DNA from: Planctomycetota bacterium
GTDB lineage: Bacteria > Planctomycetota > UBA1135 > JAKEFM01
NCBI GenBank assembly: GCA_022616055.1
Contig: JAKEFM010000212.1
Span: 18,228 to 82,227, forward strand
Length of the DNA stretch: 64,000 nucleotides
Reading direction: 5' to 3'
Position 1 is the stretch's first letter. The number at the start of each line of letters is the position of its first letter. The position numbers were made by a program, and so were the translations under genes. Positions 7,850 through 15,476 of this stretch are shown here, piece by piece. The notes under the pieces are model-generated. The model saw only the letters and a list, made by a program, of their open reading frames with translations. It had not been told where the DNA came from and made no database searches.

Positions 7850-9265
7850 TCAGACGGCCGCGAGGTTTTCCGGGGGGGTCGGTTTCCTTCCCTGCTCGAA
7901 CCCGAACTTCTCGATCCGGTATCGAATCTGGTCCCGATTCAGGCCGAGGAAGCGCGCCGCCTGGGACCGGTTCCCCTTGGCGCGCTCCAGGGCCTGGCGG
8001 ACGAGGTCGCGCTCGAGCTGCTCGAGGACGAGCCCGTCCGGGGGAAGGAGGAAGATGGAGGCGGGGAGGCCGTGGCGCCTCTCGTCCGCCCCCCCGACGA
8101 TCTCCCGGGGGAGATCGGCCCGGCGGACGATCCCTCCCTCCGCGAGGAGCACCGCCCGCTCGACGGCGTTGCGCAGCTCCCGGACGTTGCCCGGCCAGGG
8201 GTAGCGCTGGAAGGCCTGGAGCGCCGCGGGCTCGATCTCGGAGACGTCCTTCCGGAACTCCTTCCGGAAGTGCGCCAGGAACATGCGGGCGAGGGGCTGG
8301 AGGTCCTCGGGGCGTTCCCGCAGCGGGGGGATGAGGACCGGGATGACCTTGAGCCGGAAATAGAGGTCGCGGCGGAAGCGGCCCGCCTCCACTTCGGCGT
8401 CGAGGTCCCGGTTCGTGGCGGCGACGATGCGCACGGAGACCCTCAGGTCGCGCGTCCCCCCGACGCGCCGGAAGGACTTCTCCTCCAGGACCCGGAGGAG
8501 CTTCGCCTGCAGGCCGGGGGAGAGGTCTCCGATCTCGTCGAGGAAGAGGGTCCCGCCGTCCGCCAGCTCGAAGAGCCCGCGCTTCTGGACCTTCGCGTCG
8601 GTGAACGCTCCCCGCTCGTGTCCGAACAGCTCGGACTCGAGGAGGGTCTCGGGGATGGCGGTGCAGGTGACGTTCAGGAACGGGCGCTCGGCCGTCCGCC
8701 CTTCGTGGTGGAGGGCGCGGGCGGCGAGGCCCTTTCCCACTCCCGACTCCCCGAGGAGGAGGATCGTCGTCGCCTCGCTCTGGGCGACCCGCCGAAGGAG
8801 GTGGACCACCTCCCGCATCGCGGCGCTCTCGGCGACGAGGTTGGGGAGGCCGAACTGCCGCTTCTCCTCCTCCTGCCGGCGGGCGAGCTGGCGCCGGAGG
8901 GAGTAGGCCTCGAGGGCGCGCTCGACCCGGACCAGGAGGTCGTCGGCCTCGTAGGGCTTGGCAAGGTAGTCGTGCGCCCCCTCCCGGACGGCGGCGACGG
9001 CCCCCGCCAGGCTCGCGTGCGCGGTCAGGAGGAGGACCGGCACGTCGGGCGAGAGGGCCCGGATCGACTTGAGCACCTCGAGCCCCGTCCGATCCGGGAG
9101 CCGGTAGTCGAGGATGACCAGGTCCGGGGTCTCCCGGGAGAAGGCCTCGAGCGCGGCCCCGCCCTCGTCCGCCTCCTCGACCTCGTAGCCCGCCTCCTCC
9201 AGGCTCGCCTTCAGGGACCACCGGATCATCTTCTCGTCGTCGACGATCAGGATTCGGGCAGGCAT
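7850..9265 (-). CDS. Sigma-54-dependent response regulator (NtrC/AtoC family: REC + AAA+ + Fis-type HTH)
   Basis: ILIVDDE...DLVILDYRLPD (REC). GESGVGKG (Walker A), GAFTDA/ESELFGHERGAFT (GAFTGA-like sigma-54 contact loop), GTLFLDEIG and WPGNVRELRN (AAA+). C-terminal NRSQAARFLGLNRDQIRYRI (HTH). Confidence 0.95.
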   Translation of the reverse strand: MPARILIVDDEKMIRWSLKASLEEAGYEVEEADEGGAALEAFSRETPDLVILDYRLPDRTGLEVLKSIRALSPDVPVLLLTAHASLAGAVAAVREGAHDYLAKPYEADDLLVRVERALEAYSLRRQLARRQEEEKRQFGLPNLVAESAAMREVVHLLRRVAQSEATTILLLGESGVGKGLAARALHHEGRTAERPFLNVTCTAIPETLLESELFGHERGAFTDAKVQKRGLFELADGGTLFLDEIGDLSPGLQAKLLRVLEEKSFRRVGGTRDLRVSVRIVAATNRDLDAEVEAGRFRRDLYFRLKVIPVLIPPLRERPEDLQPLARMFLAHFRKEFRKDVSEIEPAALQAFQRYPWPGNVRELRNAVERAVLLAEGGIVRRADLPREIVGGADERRHGLPASIFLLPPDGLVLEQLERDLVRQALERAKGNRSQAARFLGLNRDQIRYRIEKFGFEQGRKPTPPENLAAV

Positions 9266-9310
9266 GCTGGTGGGTTGGGGGTGCCGGTCACGCGGGACAT
9301 TCCACCACCC

Positions 9311-9332
9311 CGCCGGGGAATATTCCCCGGCG
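9311..9332. promoter_or_regulatory. Perfect 22-bp palindrome in the divergent regulator/kinase intergenic region
   Basis: cgccggggaat|attccccggcg, 11+11 with no mismatch, 46 bp upstream of the regulator ATG (9265). A second TTCC-N-GGAA element (ctttcctggaaag) lies at about 9394-9406. Confidence 0.6.
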
Positions 9333-9448
9333 TTCCGCTGCCCGAGCCCCCGCCGGGAGGCCTTCCTGCATACCGCGGGCCTGCCGTTGGCTTTCCTGGA
9401 AAGGGCCGTACAGTGCCGAAGCGGTCACGGGATCGGAGCGAGATACAC

Positions 9449-11779
9449 GTGAAGCAGCGGGTCCTCGCCCCCTCCCCTGGAAAGAGCGACGCGGAGGTTC
9501 TCGCCCGTCTCTCCGGGGCGGTGGAGCCCCATCTCGGGTCGATCGCGGAAGGGTGCGCCGACGTTCTCCTCGGGCGCGAGGAGGCGAGGCGGTACTTCGC
9601 CGGGGAAGAGGGGAAGTGCCTCGACCGGACCGAGGAGCTCCTCGCCTGGCTCCGGGGGCTCTTCTCCGTCGAGGTCGAGTCGACCCGCCGGGCGCGGTGG
9701 GAGCGATTCGGCGGAGTCTGCTTCCGGATGGGGCTTCCCGTCCAGGTCGTCGTGGCCTGCGTCGGGGCCGCCCGCCAGCGGCTGGCCGAGATCCTGCGCC
9801 GCCGTCTCTCGCGGAGCCGGGACCTGCTCGCACGCTCCGTGAACGCCCTCCACCGCACGCTCGACACCGAGCTGGGCGGGATCCTCGAGGCCCACGAGGA
9901 GCACCGGCTCCGGGGGGTCGAGGAGAATCGACGACTGCTCGCGGAGGCGGAGATCGACCGCACGCGCAGGGAGGCCGAGGAGCGGTTCTGGCTGCTGGCG
10001 GAGGCGACGACCCTCGGGATCTACGACTGGGACATCCCGAAGGACCTCCTCTGGTGGAGCGAGGGGTTCTACCGCCTGTTCGGCTACGAGCCGGGGACCC
10101 GGACGTCGAACATCGCGTGGTGGAAGAAGGGGATCCACCCGAAGGACTACCCCCGCGTGGTCGCGGGGATCGAGAAGGCGATCGAGGAGAAGGCGCGGTT
10201 CTGGACCGACGAGTACCGGTTCGCCCGGGGGAACGGGACCTACGCCTGGGTCCTCGACCGCGGCTACTTCATCCGCGACGAGGCGGGGCGGGCCGCCCGG
10301 ATGGTGGGGGCGATGATCGACCTCTCGGACCGCCGCGAGTCCGAGGAGCGGTTCCGCCTCCTCGCGGAGGCGACGAACGACACCGTCTGGGACTGGGACC
10401 TCGTCAAGGACGTCGTCTGGTGGGGGGAGGGATTCCGGCGGATGTTCGGCGATGCCCCGGGGACGAGCGGCTGCATCAACAACTGGTGGACGCTGAGGAT
10501 CCATCCGGAGGACCGGGAGCGGGTCTCGGCGGGGCTCAAGGCCGTGGTCGAGAAGAGCCTCCCGTTCTGGACGGAAGAGTACCGGTTCCGGCGCGCGAAC
10601 GGGACCTACGCCGACATCCTCGACCGGGGGTACACGATCCTCGACGACTCCGGGAAGCCCGTCCGGATGGTCGGCGCGATGATGGACGTCACGGACCGGC
10701 GTCAGGCCGAGCAGGAGATCCGGCGTCAGAGGGACCTCGCCGAGCGGATCCTCCGCAGCAGCCGCGAGGCGATCGTCGTCGTCGACCGGGAGCTCCGGTT
10801 CACGCTCTGGAACCCCGCCGCGGAACGGATGTCGGGCCTGAAGGCGGAGGAGGTCCTCGACCGGAATGTCTTCGAGGTCTTCCCGTTCATCCGGGAGATG
10901 GGGGACGAGGGGGGCCTCTTCCGCGCTCTCGCGGGGGAGCCGGTGTCGCTGCGCCGCCGCCGCTTCCACATCCCCGCGACCGGGCGGGGCGGCCTCTACG
11001 ACGCGCAGCTGAGCCCGCTGCGGGACGAGAAGGGCGAGATCGTGGGGGTCCTCTCCGTCTCCCGGGACGTCACCGAGGAGGAGCGGATGAAGGAGACCCT
11101 CGGGCGCGCGGAGCGCTTCTCCGCGCTCGGCGAGGTCGCGGCGATGATCGCCCACGAGGTCCGCAACCCCCTCACGGCGACGAAGGGGGTGCTCCAGGTC
11201 CTGCTGCGGCGGCTCCCCCAGGAGTCCGCCGATCGCGCGGCGGTGTCGGAGACGGTGGAGCGGCTCGACGCCCTCGCCCGTCTCATCACCGACCTCCTCT
11301 CGTTCTCCCGGCCGATCCACGTCCAGGTCCGGCCGCTCGACGCGCGGGAGGCCCTGCGCACGATCGCGGAGGGTCTCGGCCGGGAGGAGGGGTTCCGGCT
11401 CCTCTCCGTCCGGTTCGAGGACCCGGGGGACGTCGGCCGGATCGCCGCCGACCCCGCCCTCCTCTGGATGGCCTTCCTCCACCTCGCCCGCAACGCCGTC
11501 GAGGCGGCGAACGGCCCCGCCGAGATCACCCTCCGGGCGGAGCGCGTCGGGGAACGGATGGCGCTCCGGATCCTCGACCGGGGCCCCGGCATCGATCCGG
11601 CCGTCGGCTCGAAGCTCTTCTCCCCCTTCTTCTCCACGAAGCCCGGCGGGACCGGCATCGGACTCGCCATGGTGAAGCGGATCGCGGAGGCCTTCGGCGG
11701 CGAGGTCGAGGCCTCGAACCGGCCGGGAGGCGGGGCGGTCTTCACCCTCTACCTCCCGCTCGCGGAGGCCGAAGCGTAG
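9449..11779 (+). CDS. Soluble sensor histidine kinase: globin-coupled-sensor-like N-domain + 3 PAS + HisKA + HATPase_c
   Basis: GTG 9449 is the first in-frame start after junk in track ORF 7193..11779. H-box MIAHEVRNPL, N-box LARNAVEA, G-boxes DRGPGI and GGTGIGLAMV. PAS_3-like repeats are present (WW.EGF.R.FG). Confidence 0.9.
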   Translation: MKQRVLAPSPGKSDAEVLARLSGAVEPHLGSIAEGCADVLLGREEARRYFAGEEGKCLDRTEELLAWLRGLFSVEVESTRRARWERFGGVCFRMGLPVQVVVACVGAARQRLAEILRRRLSRSRDLLARSVNALHRTLDTELGGILEAHEEHRLRGVEENRRLLAEAEIDRTRREAEERFWLLAEATTLGIYDWDIPKDLLWWSEGFYRLFGYEPGTRTSNIAWWKKGIHPKDYPRVVAGIEKAIEEKARFWTDEYRFARGNGTYAWVLDRGYFIRDEAGRAARMVGAMIDLSDRRESEERFRLLAEATNDTVWDWDLVKDVVWWGEGFRRMFGDAPGTSGCINNWWTLRIHPEDRERVSAGLKAVVEKSLPFWTEEYRFRRANGTYADILDRGYTILDDSGKPVRMVGAMMDVTDRRQAEQEIRRQRDLAERILRSSREAIVVVDRELRFTLWNPAAERMSGLKAEEVLDRNVFEVFPFIREMGDEGGLFRALAGEPVSLRRRRFHIPATGRGGLYDAQLSPLRDEKGEIVGVLSVSRDVTEEERMKETLGRAERFSALGEVAAMIAHEVRNPLTATKGVLQVLLRRLPQESADRAAVSETVERLDALARLITDLLSFSRPIHVQVRPLDAREALRTIAEGLGREEGFRLLSVRFEDPGDVGRIAADPALLWMAFLHLARNAVEAANGPAEITLRAERVGERMALRILDRGPGIDPAVGSKLFSPFFSTKPGGTGIGLAMVKRIAEAFGGEVEASNRPGGGAVFTLYLPLAEAEA
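9980..10711 (+). repeat. Tandem duplication of a PAS module inside the kinase gene (2 x 366 nt)
   Basis: ERFWLLAEATTLGIYDWDIPKDLLWWSEGFYRLFGYEPG... aligns with ERFRLLAEATNDTVWDWDLVKDVVWWGEGFRRMFGDAPG..., with a period of exactly 122 codons. Confidence 0.7.
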
Positions 11780-11804
11780 GGATCGGGCGGCGTTTGGCCC
11801 GCCG

Positions 11805-12608
11805 TCAGCGCAGTCCCGCGCCCCGGATCTCCGCCCGCAGGCGGGCCTCGACCTCCTCGAGCGCGACGCCGCTCCCTCCGTCGGCCGAGAGCGAGACGAC
11901 GATCCGGATCGAGTCCTTCGCGCCGGCCACCCGGGACTTGGCGTAGACGCCGGGGAACGCCTGCAGGATCGCGCGCAGGAGGGGGGCGAGGCCCGACTCG
12001 TCGCGGATCGCGAGCTCGACGTCCCGGTGGAGGGGGGCGAGCCCCCGCGGGAGGAGCCTCGCGATCTCCGGCTCGACCTCCTCGCGCCACACGACCTCCA
12101 TCTCGTCGGGTACGCCGGGGAGGCAGAAGAGGATCGCCCCGCCCGTCTCGATCGCGACCGCGGGGGCGGCCCCGACCCGGTTGCGGACCGGGCGGGCGCC
12201 CACCGGGAGCCGGGCCATCTTCTCCCGCTCGGGCGTCAGGTCCGCCGAGCCCGCGAGGCCGCGCGCGGCGAGATCGCGGTAGGACTCCGCCACCCACTCG
12301 AGCGCCGTCGGGTGGAGGCGGAACGGGCGGTCGAGGGCCCGGGAGAGACCCTCGAGGGTCCGGTCGTCGAAGGTCGGCCCGAGCCCTCCCGTCGAAACCA
12401 CGATTCTCGGCCGGAGGGCGAGGGCGGCGGCGAACTCCCGGGCGATCGCATCGGCGTCGTCGTCCGCCGCCGCGATCCGCAGGACCTCGGCGCCGAGGGA
12501 GGTCAGGCGACCGGCGAGGAAGTGGGCGTTCGTGTCGAGGGTCCGGCCCCGGAGGATCTCGCGCCCAATCGAGAGGACGGCCGCCGATCGGGTCCCCGCG
12601 TCAGACAT
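11805..12608 (-). CDS. CinA-like MoCF/molybdopterin-binding domain protein
   Basis: AVLSIGREILRGRTLDTNAHFLA and STGGLGPTFDDRT motifs. Its ATG lies inside the last 8 nt of pepQ. Confidence 0.85.
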   Translation of the reverse strand: MSDAGTRSAAVLSIGREILRGRTLDTNAHFLAGRLTSLGAEVLRIAAADDDADAIAREFAAALALRPRIVVSTGGLGPTFDDRTLEGLSRALDRPFRLHPTALEWVAESYRDLAARGLAGSADLTPEREKMARLPVGARPVRNRVGAAPAVAIETGGAILFCLPGVPDEMEVVWREEVEPEIARLLPRGLAPLHRDVELAIRDESGLAPLLRAILQAFPGVYAKSRVAGAKDSIRIVVSLSADGGSGVALEEVEARLRAEIRGAGLR

Positions 12609-13914
12609 GCGGGCGGGTGAGATTCCGGTGGCCGTCCGCCGTCGCCAGGACGTCGTCCTCGATGCGGATCCCCCCGCAGGGGACGAGGCGATCGACGAGG
12701 GCCCAGTCGACGAGGGAGGCGGCGGGCGCCGAGCGGAGGCCCCTCAGGAGCATCGGGATGAAGTAGACGCCGGGCTCGACGGTCACGACCTGTCCCTCCT
12801 CGATCGTCCGGGTCGTCCGGAGGAAGGGATGGCCCTCCGGGGGCGGGACCTCCCCTCCTTCCCGGGCGGCCTGCCGGCCCGCGACGTCGTGGACCTGGAG
12901 GCCGAGGAAGTGGCCCAGCCCGTGGGGGAAGAAAGGGGTCGTCAGCCCCGCCGCGAACGCCTCCTCGCCTCCCCGGCGCAGGATCCCCGTCCCGTGGAGG
13001 AGGTCCGCGATGCGGACGTGGGCGGCGCGGTGGAGATCGGGGAAGGGGATCCCCGGCCGCACGGCCGCGCAGAGCGACTGCTGGATCGACTCGAGGCCGC
13101 GGACCAGGTCGCGGAAGACCGGCTCGCACGCCGGCGTCGTCCAGGTCCGGGTGATGTCGGAGGCGTAGCCGAGGTGGCGCGCCCCCGAATCGAGGAGGAA
13201 GACCTTCCCGTCCCGGACCGCGCGCTTGACCGTGTAGTGGAGGGTCGCCGCCTTCTCGTCGAGGGCCACGATGCTCTCGTAGGGGAGGTCCTTGTCGACG
13301 CAGCCGAGGGCGGACACGTAGAGGCGGTGGAGCTCGATCTCGGAGCCGCCCGTCTCGAAGGCGGCGCGGGACGCGAGGTGTCCCTTCGCGGCGCGGCGGT
13401 TCGCCTCCTCGATGCAGGCGACCTCGTAGGGGGTCTTGAGGCTGCGATCCCAGTCGAGCCGGCGGAGAAGGCGTTCGGGGTTCACCGCCTCGGTCGGGAC
13501 GCCGCCGGCCCGGGCGCGCTCCGGAGCGTCGCCGATGTAGGCGGTGCGCCTCCCGGGCGAGGCCCGCTTCCAGGCCTTCTCCTCGTCGGGGACCTCGACG
13601 ATCTCGAACTCCCCGACCCAGAACGGATCCCCGAGGGGCGCCGGCTCGGTCCAGTAGTCCTCCGGCGCGACGCGGATCAGCAGAGGGGGGCCGCCCGGGC
13701 GGACGAGGAGCAGGTGATGGGGGCCCTCGAGCGGCGTCCACTGCGCGAACGGCGGATTCGTACGGAACGGCGCGTCCTGGTCGTCCTGGAAGTAGCGGGA
13801 GGGCCTGCCGGCGTCGAGGAGGATCGCGTCGAAACGTTCGGCGGCGAGCGTGTCGGTCGCGCGCCGGCGCATCCGCGCGAGGTGATCCCGGTAGAGGGCG
13901 GCCGGCGCGCTCAC
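12601..13914 (-). CDS. pepQ: Xaa-Pro dipeptidase (prolidase, M24B)
   Basis: GTG start overlaps the dtpT stop (GTGA). Motifs LLDSGARHLGYASDITRT, FPHGLGHFLGLQVHD, VTVEPGVYF and GGIRIEDDV. Confidence 0.9.
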   Translation of the reverse strand: MSAPAALYRDHLARMRRRATDTLAAERFDAILLDAGRPSRYFQDDQDAPFRTNPPFAQWTPLEGPHHLLLVRPGGPPLLIRVAPEDYWTEPAPLGDPFWVGEFEIVEVPDEEKAWKRASPGRRTAYIGDAPERARAGGVPTEAVNPERLLRRLDWDRSLKTPYEVACIEEANRRAAKGHLASRAAFETGGSEIELHRLYVSALGCVDKDLPYESIVALDEKAATLHYTVKRAVRDGKVFLLDSGARHLGYASDITRTWTTPACEPVFRDLVRGLESIQQSLCAAVRPGIPFPDLHRAAHVRIADLLHGTGILRRGGEEAFAAGLTTPFFPHGLGHFLGLQVHDVAGRQAAREGGEVPPPEGHPFLRTTRTIEEGQVVTVEPGVYFIPMLLRGLRSAPAASLVDWALVDRLVPCGGIRIEDDVLATADGHRNLTRPHV

Positions 13915-15476
13915 TTCGCGGCCCCGAGGAGGCGGCCGATCGGCCGGACGAAGAGGGAGAGGAGGACCGCGGCGGCGATCGCGGCCCCGCCGACCGTGGC
14001 GAAGATCCCGGGGAGGGGGAACGCCTCGAAGCGGCTCGCCACCCGCCCCCCCGCGTAATTCCCGACCGAGAGCGAGAGGAACCACGCGCCCATCATCAAC
14101 CCGCCCACGCGCTCGGGGGCGAGCCGGGTCATGGCACTGAGTCCGACGGGGGAGAGGCAGAGCTCGCCCATCGTGTGGAACAGGTAGGTGCCGACGAGCC
14201 ACAACGGGCCGACCCGCCGCGCCACGTCGTCGCCGCTCCCCGAGGCCGACGCGGGGCCGACGAGCAGGGCGAAGCCGAGTCCGGCGAAGAGGAGCCCGAG
14301 GGCGAACTTCGCCGGACTCGAGGGGTCGCGCGGGCCGAGCCGGAACCAGAGCCACGCGAAGACGGGAGCGAGGAGAACGATCAGGGCGCCGTTCACCGAC
14401 TGGAGCCAGGAGGCCGGGAAGCGCCAGCCGAAGAGGACGGTCTCGGTGTTCCGCTGGGCGAAGAGGTTGAGCGTCGAGCCCGCCTGCTCGAACACCGCCC
14501 AGAAGATCGCGGAGGCGGCGAAGAGGACCGCGATGACGAGGAGGCGCGTGCGTTCCGCCGGGCTCCACGATCCCGAGAGGAAGACCCAGGCGAAGAAGCC
14601 GACGACGAGGAGCGCGAGGAAGAGGGCGAAGGAGCGCGAGATCCCCTCGACGGTGAGGCGCACCGCGCCCGTCCCGTGGGCGAGCGCGAGCCCCGCCAGG
14701 AGGAGGACGACCCCCCCGAGGCCGAACCGGAGCTTCCGGATCGCCGCCGCCCGTTCCTCGGGGCTCCTCGAACCGGCGGGGCGCAGCCCTGCCTCCCCGA
14801 GACGGCGTCCGCCGGCGACGTACTGGACGAGGCCGAGCGCCATCCCGACCGCCGCCATCCCGAATCCGAAGCGCCAGGACCGCGCGGGGGAGACGCCGTT
14901 CGACTCGAGGAAACCCCGGAACCCCTCGTCCTGCGCGAGCCAGCCGCACACGAGCGGCGCGAGGAAGGCGCCGAGGTTGATCCCCATGTAGAAGATCGAG
15001 AAGCCCGAGTCCCGGCGCTTGTCCCCCTCCGCGTACTGCTGGCCCACCATCACGCTGATGTTGGGCTTGAGGAGCCCGGTCCCGAGCACGATCAGCGCCA
15101 GCCCCGCGTAGAAGGTCTCGAGGCTGTGGATCGCCAGGCAGACATGCCCGGAGAAGATCAGGACGCCCCCGTAGAGGACGGCCCGGCGCTGGCCGAGGAT
15201 GCGGTCGGCGATCCAGCCTCCCGGGAGCGAGAGGAGGTAGACGAGGGAGGTGTAGAGGCCGTAGATCGCCCCGGCCCTCGCGGTGTCGAATCCGAGCCCC
15301 CCCGCCTCCGCCGAGGCGGTCATGAAGAGGATGAGGAGGGCCCGCATCCCGTAGTAGGAGAAGCGCTCCCAGATCTCCGTGAAGAAGAGGGTGGAGAGCC
15401 CCCGCGGGTGGCCGAGGAAGCGGCGGTCCTCGACGGCGATCGCGGGGGCGGGCTGCGTCGCGGGCGCCGCGCTCAC
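13911..15476 (-). CDS. dtpT: POT/PTR2-family proton-dependent di/tripeptide permease
   Basis: FFTEIWERFSYYGMRALLILFM and GGWIADRILGQRR (PTR2 signatures) with about 14 TM segments. The GTG start overlaps the DPP-IV stop (GTGA). Confidence 0.9.
   Translation of the reverse strand: MSAAPATQPAPAIAVEDRRFLGHPRGLSTLFFTEIWERFSYYGMRALLILFMTASAEAGGLGFDTARAGAIYGLYTSLVYLLSLPGGWIADRILGQRRAVLYGGVLIFSGHVCLAIHSLETFYAGLALIVLGTGLLKPNISVMVGQQYAEGDKRRDSGFSIFYMGINLGAFLAPLVCGWLAQDEGFRGFLESNGVSPARSWRFGFGMAAVGMALGLVQYVAGGRRLGEAGLRPAGSRSPEERAAAIRKLRFGLGGVVLLLAGLALAHGTGAVRLTVEGISRSFALFLALLVVGFFAWVFLSGSWSPAERTRLLVIAVLFAASAIFWAVFEQAGSTLNLFAQRNTETVLFGWRFPASWLQSVNGALIVLLAPVFAWLWFRLGPRDPSSPAKFALGLLFAGLGFALLVGPASASGSGDDVARRVGPLWLVGTYLFHTMGELCLSPVGLSAMTRLAPERVGGLMMGAWFLSLSVGNYAGGRVASRFEAFPLPGIFATVGGAAIAAAVLLSLFVRPIGRLLGAAK

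Noticed and set aside
7193-9448. The 5' two-thirds of the 1528-aa plus-strand ORF 7193..11779, which looks like one giant gene
   Set aside because: The translation upstream of 9449 is R/G/P/E-rich low-complexity sequence lying antisense to the well-supported NtrC-type regulator and lipoprotein genes. Only the part from GTG 9449 has kinase motifs. This is a high-GC open-frame artefact.
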